A stretch of 64,000 bases of DNA from a virus (taxonomy: Duplodnaviria > Caudoviricetes), in the IMG/VR virus record IMGVR_UViG_3300005686_000008; one strand, written 5' to 3'. Made by a program: the position numbers and the translations under genes. This document shows positions 57,523 to 64,000 of the stretch, in pieces (position 1 is the stretch's first letter; every line of letters begins with the position of its first letter). Under the pieces are notes generated by a model. That model was not told the DNA's origin. It saw only the letters and a program-made list of their open reading frames with translations, and made no database searches.

Positions 57523-57713
57523 ATATGACATGGCGGCAACTCTTAGAGATTTTGTCCCAAATGCCTAACGAGCGTTTGGATGACAACGTAACCGTCTTCG
57601 TTTGCGGCGAGTTTTTCCCAGTGCTGAGCATAGGTAAGGTTGAGAACGACCAAGACGAAGAGGGCGGCGGAGTCTTGGACGACGGCCATTCCTATCTCAT
57701 CGTTAACGACTAA
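57519..57713 (+). CDS. hypothetical phage protein
   Basis: MTWRQLLE.L...LDD.VTV pattern; stop codon lies inside the motif. Confidence 0.6.
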   Translation: MNMTWRQLLEILSQMPNERLDDNVTVFVCGEFFPVLSIGKVENDQDEEGGGVLDDGHSYLIVND

Positions 57714-57737
57714 ACTTTCTGCGCGGATAAAAGAAGT

Positions 57738-58268
57738 ATGAACAGCAACCTTGCCCAAGAGATTCTCCAAGACGCAGCTCGTCGCCTCGATGACAAGGGA
57801 GAAGGAGATGACTTTTCTCTTGAACAATGCGATGCGATTGCGAACGCTGTCAGTAAGGTTATGGAGGGCAAGGTCGTTGCTCGTTCTGCTGACCTTGACG
57901 GCATCTATAATGCGCTTGAGTACGCTTGCTCCTTCATCAAGGCTGGTCGTAAGGAGATGGACTCGACGGCTCGGGACCAGCTTTTGGTTGCGATGGAGCA
58001 AATCCGTCGCTATTCGAGGGGCGAACCCGAAGAGGGCGGCGAGGTTGTCCAAGACTCTTCGATCACATTCAAAGTTGATGATGTGCCGATTCGGGTTGGT
58101 AACGACATGAGGGTGGAGGCTTCTCTCCCTGACGGCGCAATGCTCGTTGTTGTTCTGACGCACGAAGGCATCATCATGGACTTTTGGCCCGAGGACGCAG
58201 ACGAGCCTGCGGCTACTTCTTCGATGATGTACGATGAGCAGGCTGTGGAGATGACAGAAGGACTATAA
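57738..58268 (+). CDS. hypothetical protein
   Basis: ATG 30 nt after motif; LTHEGIIMD. Confidence 0.65.
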   Translation: MNSNLAQEILQDAARRLDDKGEGDDFSLEQCDAIANAVSKVMEGKVVARSADLDGIYNALEYACSFIKAGRKEMDSTARDQLLVAMEQIRRYSRGEPEEGGEVVQDSSITFKVDDVPIRVGNDMRVEASLPDGAMLVVVLTHEGIIMDFWPEDADEPAATSSMMYDEQAVEMTEGL

Positions 58269-58742
58269 AATGATCTACATTGAAAAAGAGCAAGCTTCTC
58301 AGACTTCTGAGGGAGACTTTACCCTTCCCTGGTGGGTTGCGAGATTTCCGGTCAATACATGGCCCGAAAAGGTGGACTTTGATGGGTTCATCTATCGCAT
58401 GGACCAGTTCAGAAGGGACAGCGTTGGAGAGGTTCTGTCTGTCACATACATTTGCGGAGACAAGAAGCTTGTTGTTACAAGTTAGGACAGACTAAACTTT
58501 TTGAGCAGCATTGGACAAAGCAATGAGCGAGAAAATCAAAAAGGTTCTCTTGACGGATGAGGAGCGGCGGATTAAAGTTGAGGAGGCTATCCGCTTTTTT
58601 CAGTCAAGCAAGAAGACTGAACAAGACCTCTATAACCTCATCAGTAATCTTACAGCAATCTACAACGATAGCGTCCCGGGCGGTCGAGAGATGGATTTTA
58701 TCTTGAGTTGGGTTGCGAGTTTCCCTGACAACTAAACTTTTA

Positions 58743-58776
58743 GACTTGGTAGCTCAGTTGGTAGAGCAGCGGCCTT
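58743..58776 (+). tRNA. 5' half (nt 1-34) of an interrupted tRNA gene
   Basis: GACTTGG TA GCTC AGTTGGTA GAGC A GCGGC CTT; pairs with the 3' half at 59914-59952. Confidence 0.85.
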
Positions 58777-58848
58777 GAAGACGTAGCTCAGCGGTAGAGC
58801 AGTGGACTTTTAATCCATTGGCCGAGGGTTCAAATCCCTCCGTCTTCA
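58777..58848 (+). tRNA. tRNA-Lys(TTT), nested inside the interrupted tRNA
   Basis: Acceptor GAAGACG/CGTCTTC, loop CTTTTAA, T arm GAGGG/CCCTC. Confidence 0.92.
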
Positions 58849-58901
58849 TTAAAAAGAAGGATTCTTATATAGACCGACAGAATACATTTCTGGAGGTGTA
58901 T

Positions 58902-59330
58902 ATGAATCCAAAAGGAAAAGGCGAAAAAGCTCAGTTGATAGTAATGGGAGAGTTTGCGAAACTTGACATTCCGGTTTTGGTTCCGCTAAGCGATAACCTA
59001 CCATTTGACTTTGTTGCCGTAATAAACGGTAATCTCAAAAAGGTGCAGGTCAAGTCAAGCGAAGGCGTTCAGAGAACAGGATCAAGAGAATTCAAACTTC
59101 GCAAGACAAACTGGTACAAAAAGACTCACAAGGGATATACAGAGCAAGACTGCGACCTAATAATCTGCTACGATCACGAAACGAATGATCTGTATGTCCT
59201 AAAACCTGAGCATTTTATTGGCGCAAAAAGTTTTGCCATCAGGAAAGAAAAGGCTAAAAACGGTCAAACCAAAGGACTAAACTTTCACGAGGATTTTGTT
59301 CTCACGAAGGAAAGGTTAGAGCAGGTATGA
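58902..59330 (+). CDS. PD-(D/E)XK endonuclease of the group I intron-associated (I-Ssp6803I-like) type
   Basis: GGAGG SD; KGEKAQ...VLVPLSDNLPFDFV...KVQVKS...YTEQDCD. Confidence 0.8.
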   Translation: MNPKGKGEKAQLIVMGEFAKLDIPVLVPLSDNLPFDFVAVINGNLKKVQVKSSEGVQRTGSREFKLRKTNWYKKTHKGYTEQDCDLIICYDHETNDLYVLKPEHFIGAKSFAIRKEKAKNGQTKGLNFHEDFVLTKERLEQV

Positions 59331-59917
59331 AGAAGATTGTTCTTTTTGTTTTTTCTTTTCTTTGCCTTACTAATGCAGGGTGTCATTATCCAACCGTTGC
59401 AGAGCAATGGGAGAATGATCCTCGAATGAAAGAGGCCGCAGAAAAAGCAAAGCAAGAACAATCTCAGTGGGAAAAAGAAAGAATTGAAAGAGAAGACGGT
59501 TTTGCGAAGTTCCAAGCGCAAATGGATAAACTTCGAGAAGCTGAAAAAAAGAGACAAGAGATCGACAATAGGAAAATCTCTCGTAAAGCAATCAAAGCAA
59601 TTGATCTTTACATTGCTTTTCTGGAAAAGCACGAAAACCCGACAGATGATGAGGTTTACATTTCGCCGGAATGTCTCACTTGGTGGGGACAAGTAAAAAA
59701 AGGCATGAGCGAAGAGCGATTGCTTGCAGAAATCAATTATTATCGAGAACTTCATTCTTTTATTGAAAGTGGAGTTGATGAGAATTGTTTTCTTGCTCAT
59801 ATGGAATACCTCCGCCTCACTTTGGGGTATCTCGATTCAAGCAAAGTTACGGTGCAGGGGTATTTCAGAAAAGACGGAACATATGTTAGTCCTCATTTTA
59901 GATCACGACCAAAGTAA
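59327..59917 (+). CDS. lipoprotein-like protein with VxGYxRKDGTYVxPHxRS motif
   Basis: Signal peptide ending NAGC; C-terminal VQGYFRKDGTYVSPHFRSRP; stop codon overlaps the tRNA 3' half. Confidence 0.7.
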   Translation: MKKIVLFVFSFLCLTNAGCHYPTVAEQWENDPRMKEAAEKAKQEQSQWEKERIEREDGFAKFQAQMDKLREAEKKRQEIDNRKISRKAIKAIDLYIAFLEKHENPTDDEVYISPECLTWWGQVKKGMSEERLLAEINYYRELHSFIESGVDENCFLAHMEYLRLTLGYLDSSKVTVQGYFRKDGTYVSPHFRSRPK

Positions 59918-59952
59918 GCCGTTGGTCGCGGGTTCGAGTCCCGCCCGGGTCA
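59914..59952 (+). tRNA. 3' half of the interrupted tRNA gene
   Basis: GTAA GCCGT TGGTC GCGGG TTCGAGT CCCGC CCGGGTC A. Confidence 0.85.
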
Positions 59953-59955
59953 TTT

Positions 59956-60252
59956 ATGAACAACGATAAAGTTGAGCAGATTTTCGCGGAAGAGGTAGAA
60001 GACATCTGCAAGCAACTGCGCGAAAAGCTCAAAGGTCGTCGTTCAAAGTCTTCTCATGGAGTCATTCATATTACCATCAATCCTTTTGGAGGAGAGGAGA
60101 TATGGAACTTCGGAGAGCCGAATATCCATACAACGAGAATTGATGTTCAAATTGGAGGAATGAGTCGCCGAGAAGAAGTTGGCTCCTTCAAAAATATGGA
60201 TGAGGCTTTTTCTGCGATAAAAAAAGTTGCGCAGATAATTGGTCTTATCTGA
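59956..60252 (+). CDS. hypothetical protein
   Basis: ORF after the tRNA half. Confidence 0.55.
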   Translation: MNNDKVEQIFAEEVEDICKQLREKLKGRRSKSSHGVIHITINPFGGEEIWNFGEPNIHTTRIDVQIGGMSRREEVGSFKNMDEAFSAIKKVAQIIGLI

Positions 60253-60283
60253 AGACTAAACTTTTTACGGAAGGTTGAAGGCT

Positions 60284-60532
60284 ATGGACCTCAAGCAACT
60301 GATTTTCGAGAAGGATGGCAGCCGGATGACCGTCTCAAGGACGGAGGGCGGCTTCTTGTTTGAGACGAGCAAGAGCAAGTTCATCCGCAGGCATGGCGAA
60401 TCAATCGAGTTCCTCACGAGTTCGGCTTGCGAGAGCGACCCTGATTTCGCCACAGCATCAGAGCAGTTGAAGAACTCTCATCGGGGGATTCTGAATACGG
60501 CTTATGCTGGTATGTTGAACATGCTGTCATGA
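60284..60532 (+). CDS. hypothetical protein
   Basis: ATG 30 nt after motif. Confidence 0.55.
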   Translation: MDLKQLIFEKDGSRMTVSRTEGGFLFETSKSKFIRRHGESIEFLTSSACESDPDFATASEQLKNSHRGILNTAYAGMLNMLS

Positions 60533-60573
60533 AAAAGCGCAAGACTAAACTTCCGAAGAAGAAGGGGAAGAGT

Positions 60574-60861
60574 ATGGATACTTCTCTTGTTAAAGTCTCA
60601 AGGCCTACCCCTCCGCCCGGAGCCGTTGCAGTCTATGACGATTCCGCTCGGTACAAGTTCGGGTTTGGCGTTGCCTCGCAGAGCAGCGGGCGCATCTACA
60701 AGATTTCGTTTGATGCGGCTCCTGGCTGTCTGTATTGGAAATGCTCTTGTCCGGGCTGCATCTCTCATGGAGACTGCAAGCATCTGAGGGCTTGCGGCTT
60801 GAAGGGGAAGAACGGCGGCAAGCAGATTGATTTCGCCAAGAAGCATGGGTTCCTTCGCTGA
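60574..60861 (+). CDS. SWIM zinc-finger protein
   Basis: SSGRIYKI...WKCSCPG.....CKH; ATG 31 nt after motif. Confidence 0.75.
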   Translation: MDTSLVKVSRPTPPPGAVAVYDDSARYKFGFGVASQSSGRIYKISFDAAPGCLYWKCSCPGCISHGDCKHLRACGLKGKNGGKQIDFAKKHGFLR

Positions 60862-60889
60862 CTAAACTTCCGCTCCCAAAATGTGGAGC

Positions 60890-61297
60890 ATGATTACCAT
60901 TCCTATTGAAGATGTGGAAGGTCTGGTTCGGGCAGTTGAAGACTTCTTTGGCCCTGATATCTTTGTTCACTCATCCGAGACAGAAACAAAGACGGCCAAC
61001 CTCCACAAGTATGGGAAGGCTATCAAAGACATTCTTGACAAGAAGCGCAACGCAGAAGCCGAGGCCAAGCGCATCTACGAAACAATTGAGGCTCTTCCCA
61101 CTGCTGACCGTCTGGCCGAGATGAATGGGCTGCAAGAGTTCCTTGACGACACCTGCCATGACCTTGCCTCAAATGAGGGGTCTGACATCAACAATGAGGG
61201 CATCGAGGCTCAGATTGCTTTTGTCATTGAGGAATTAGGCATGGAAGAGGCAAAGCGCCAGTTGAACGTTTGGTTTGATGGACGCTTGGAGTTCTAA
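60890..61297 (+). CDS. hypothetical protein
   Basis: ATG 30 nt after motif; SDINNEGIEAQI. Confidence 0.6.
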   Translation: MITIPIEDVEGLVRAVEDFFGPDIFVHSSETETKTANLHKYGKAIKDILDKKRNAEAEAKRIYETIEALPTADRLAEMNGLQEFLDDTCHDLASNEGSDINNEGIEAQIAFVIEELGMEEAKRQLNVWFDGRLEF

Positions 61298-61742
61298 AAA
61301 TGGAAAAGAAGGCAACGAAGGCTCAGAAGGCCAACAAGCGGCTTCGTCAGCATAATTCCATTGAAGGAATCGCTTTTCGGCAAGGCTGGGACGCTTCTTC
61401 TGAACTTGGATTTTGTCGGGATTTCATTCTGAGCGACTCCAAGCGTGGCGATGCGTTTATCCGCTTCTTGCGGAACAAGGCAAAAAAGGAAAATGAAATA
61501 TGAACAAGCCCTTCATTGTTATTAACGTTGTTGATGGCAACGTTGCGGTTGTTTATATGAGGGATTCTGAAGAGGCAGCTCTCGAACTTGCCGTTTCGAT
61601 GGCGCAAGAGCAGTGCAACGAGCCTGAAGAGGACATTCGGCAGCAGTTGATGGAGAACTGGCTTTTCGTTCCTCCGAACGAAGACTTCAATGTTTGTATC
61701 CAGCAGCCCAAAGACTAAACTTTCTGCGCGAAGAAAGAAAGT

Positions 61743-62069
61743 ATGCCGAGGAAGTTAACCAAGCCCCGTCCCAACGTCTTTGCGAAGGACTACGCTCCTT
61801 ACGGAACGACCACGCAGAGAGGAAACCCCGATGACTGGCGCAAAGCCTATGAACATCGCATGATGGGCGAGGAGGAGGCGGTTGCGGTACTCGACAAGGA
61901 CAACCCGTACACTGTTTTGGGCTTGTCGCAGGGCGCAGACAAGGATGCTGTCAAGAGGGCGTTCCGCGCCTACTCGATGAAGTGGCATCCTGACGTTTGC
62001 AAGGAACCCAACGCAGCCGAGATGTTCAAGAAGGGTCATGCGGCTTATTCTTTACTGATGGGGAAATAA
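61743..62069 (+). CDS. DnaJ (J-domain) protein
   Basis: NPYTVLGL...VKRAFR...KWHPD...AY. Confidence 0.9.
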   Translation: MPRKLTKPRPNVFAKDYAPYGTTTQRGNPDDWRKAYEHRMMGEEEAVAVLDKDNPYTVLGLSQGADKDAVKRAFRAYSMKWHPDVCKEPNAAEMFKKGHAAYSLLMGK

Positions 62070-62070
62070 C

Positions 62071-62688
62071 ATGACAGAAGCCAAGCAAAAGCCCGACCGG
62101 GTTATCCGGGTCACCAAGAAGACCTTGAAGTTCTGGCGCGAAAATCTGGCTCGCAAGAGTTGGAACCCCGAGTACCCCGCTGGCGAGGTAATCCAAGAGG
62201 TTGCCAAGACTTTTGGAGTCGCAGGAACGAGGTACGAGGTTGCGCTGAAGTTGGTCAACTCCGAGCCGGACCGGGCAAGAGAGGCTGGCGGCGGACTCGG
62301 AGAACCGTCTGGCGGGCCATACCTCGATGCGATTTTGTTCGCCGATGGTTCGGAGCAATGCGTTCTGCCTCCCGAGCGCGAGCAGCTTGACGGCGAGTAC
62401 GTTTTCCGCGATTCGGTTGAGAACCGCGACATCCGGGTTCTGGTCAAAGGTCCGGATGTGAAGAAGCATGTGCTTCACAGGGATGGATGGAAGACCGAGT
62501 GGTGGATGGAGGATGGAGAGGTTTGCGTTAGCGTCTATCGCAAGGAGTTCTCTCCTTCTGGTCCCTTCTATAGCGATAAGCCCTGCCTTGAGTGGAGTTT
62601 CCCAAAGGTTCCGGGCAACAACATCTTGGGCAATGCGGCTATCTACCTTGACCAAGCGATTCTGTACGCCAAGAATCCTCCAAACTAA
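62071..62688 (+). CDS. hypothetical protein
   Basis: 205 aa ORF; stop codon lies inside the motif. Confidence 0.6.
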   Translation: MTEAKQKPDRVIRVTKKTLKFWRENLARKSWNPEYPAGEVIQEVAKTFGVAGTRYEVALKLVNSEPDRAREAGGGLGEPSGGPYLDAILFADGSEQCVLPPEREQLDGEYVFRDSVENRDIRVLVKGPDVKKHVLHRDGWKTEWWMEDGEVCVSVYRKEFSPSGPFYSDKPCLEWSFPKVPGNNILGNAAIYLDQAILYAKNPPN

Positions 62689-62727
62689 ACTTTTTCCGCG
62701 CAAAGAAAAGTCAGAAAGGAACTCAAA

Positions 62728-63285
62728 ATGCCCGCCAAGACAACCAAGAAGACGACCAAGAAGGCAACCAAGAAATCCGCCAAGAAGACCAAGAAGGCCG
62801 CTCCTCCGCAGGAGAACTTCGGCAAGGTCTATATCAGCGCAGAGCAGGCTGGCAAGTTGGACGGCAGCGGAGATGGGATGGGCGAGAGTTTTTGGGTTGT
62901 CCTTCTGGACGAGAAGAACACCGCCGAAGTGCGCAACAACTGCATGTGCGGTCTTTGCGTCGGCGATGTGATTGAGTTCAAGGAATACGTCGAAGACGAC
63001 GGAATCCATCATCCGAGGGAGTTCGTGAAGGTCATCAAGCGCGTTGCGGAAGCCTTTGGCCTTTACTACACCTTCCCCGGTCTCAAGGGGAAGACTTCGG
63101 GCGATAAGTTCCCCGAGGACTGCCAAAAGCATCTGCATATGCTCAACGAGCATAACATCAAGTTCGAGGGGATGGTTCCTGGTCTCGCGAGCGTTTCCAA
63201 ACCCGTCGAAATGAGCGATGAAAAGTTCTTCGCTCTCCTTAACAGCGGCCCCATGACCTTCTCGACCTCCAAGATTGAGGACTAA
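62728..63285 (+). CDS. hypothetical protein with Lys/Thr/Ala-rich (xTKK repeat) N-terminus
   Basis: MPAKTTKKTTKKATKKSAKKTKK; GESFWV motif. Confidence 0.65.
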   Translation: MPAKTTKKTTKKATKKSAKKTKKAAPPQENFGKVYISAEQAGKLDGSGDGMGESFWVVLLDEKNTAEVRNNCMCGLCVGDVIEFKEYVEDDGIHHPREFVKVIKRVAEAFGLYYTFPGLKGKTSGDKFPEDCQKHLHMLNEHNIKFEGMVPGLASVSKPVEMSDEKFFALLNSGPMTFSTSKIED

Positions 63286-63323
63286 ACTTCCCCTACCGCT
63301 TTCCAACACAAAAGGAGAACCCA

Positions 63324-63986
63324 ATGCCCGTACAGACGACTATTCTTGATATCGTGGAGGTTTTGCTTCCTGTCGTTTCTACCTGCTCCCATCAAACAGG
63401 GAACATCAACATCATCTTTATCCCGATTGCGGATGAGAATTGTTTTATTGCGAACTGGGGAAGCGGCTCCGAAGACGAGGATGTGGATTCTTGCATCGAG
63501 TGCGAGACTTTGGGAGAGTTGGGCGATGCCCTGCCCTTCTTCTTCATCCCTGCCATCTGCAAACCCAATTCGGATGATGATAGGGAGATTGTCGTTGTCT
63601 TGAAGATGGATGTTTCTGTCATCGAGACCCTGACCAATCTCGTCAACAACTATGCGGAGGAGAAGCTTTCCCCGAAGGAGCTTCGCGTCTATCCAGCGCA
63701 TGAGGAGATGTGCAACAAACTTGCTGACAATTTCCATGTTTTTGTCCAGCAAGGAAATGACGGGGACTTTTTTGACGACGATTGGACGTTCGATAAGCCC
63801 CGCTTCGTTGAGCGCAATAAGGCTGTAGTGGTTGGATACAACGGAGTTCATCTGTCCGCTGATATCTCAACAGTCGGCGACAATGAGCAAGAAATCTGTT
63901 CGGTTGAAACCATTTGGCTCAGTAAGAACGACCTTGCTGCACTGAATAGTTGGCTGACGAATCGGACAGAGCCAAGCCAGAGGTAA
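63324..63986 (+). CDS. acidic hypothetical protein
   Basis: AAGGAG SD; 220 aa. Confidence 0.6.
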   Translation: MPVQTTILDIVEVLLPVVSTCSHQTGNINIIFIPIADENCFIANWGSGSEDEDVDSCIECETLGELGDALPFFFIPAICKPNSDDDREIVVVLKMDVSVIETLTNLVNNYAEEKLSPKELRVYPAHEEMCNKLADNFHVFVQQGNDGDFFDDDWTFDKPRFVERNKAVVVGYNGVHLSADISTVGDNEQEICSVETIWLSKNDLAALNSWLTNRTEPSQR

Positions 63987-64000
63987 CACCGCGCCGGCTA

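Larger units (their letters stand above)
58777..59913 (+). mobile_element. 1137-nt insertion in a tRNA anticodon loop (tRNA-Lys, endonuclease, lipoprotein)
   Basis: Flanks rejoin into a 73-nt cloverleaf. Confidence 0.7.

Noticed and set aside
58818-58901. N-terminal extension of the endonuclease ORF in the track
   Set aside because: It starts inside tRNA-Lys; the ATG at 58902 has a GGAGG SD.
58777-59914. Group I intron in the split tRNA
   Set aside because: The insert is fully occupied by a tRNA and two ORFs with no room for a catalytic core, and U/omega-G splicing would leave a 6-nt anticodon loop.
39561-63290. CTAAACTT repeats as a CRISPR array or integron attC sites
   Set aside because: Only about 10 nt are conserved, spacing is gene-sized and irregular, there is no paired GTTRRRY inverted box, and no cas or integrase gene is visible.
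62026-63324. 432-aa minus-strand ORF (also 54877..55623, 40963..41613, 6993..7784)
   Set aside because: Each is antisense to well-supported + strand genes with SD, motif or terminator context, and has no recognisable motifs.
1-64000. Stop-codon reassignment
   Set aside because: Conserved genes are intact under the standard bacterial code, all three stop codons end genes, and no suppressor-anticodon tRNA was seen.

Overview
This 64 kb window looks like part of a large (jumbo-type) bacteriophage genome. It has dense, mostly + strand small ORFs, a gyrase A gene, two SF2 helicases, fragmented restriction-modification genes, RNA-repair enzymes (RtcB, an ATP-dependent RNA ligase, a cyclic-phosphate receiver domain, a metallophosphoesterase), about 20 tRNA genes, and no rRNA or CRISPR array. 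Prepilin-like N-termini of the planctomycete type hint at a Planctomycetota host (inference). The main finding is that two tRNA clusters each sit behind a complete ribosome-dependent attenuator: a sigma70-like promoter TTGAC(A/T)-N17-TAGAGT, a short leader peptide, and mutually exclusive protector, antiterminator and terminator hairpins. The leader codons match the downstream tRNAs: MKNASLLSLSLLLLS precedes seven tRNA-Leu, and MNNKIVHQVIWHVITF... precedes tRNA-Trp/Val/His/Ile. This suggests phage tRNAs are made on demand when the matching host tRNAs run short. Other highlights are (i) a tRNA gene split in its anticodon by a 1.14 kb insert carrying an intact tRNA-Lys and a PD-(D/E)XK endonuclease, (ii) an RRCTAAACTT motif (about 45 copies counted by eye) lying exactly 30-31 nt before many ATGs and often supplying the upstream stop codon, (iii) a 1.3 kb structured non-coding region punctuated by tRNAs, and (iv) a sharp C-to-G skew switch near 37.2 kb. 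All family calls come from motif recognition by eye; no database search or folding program was run.
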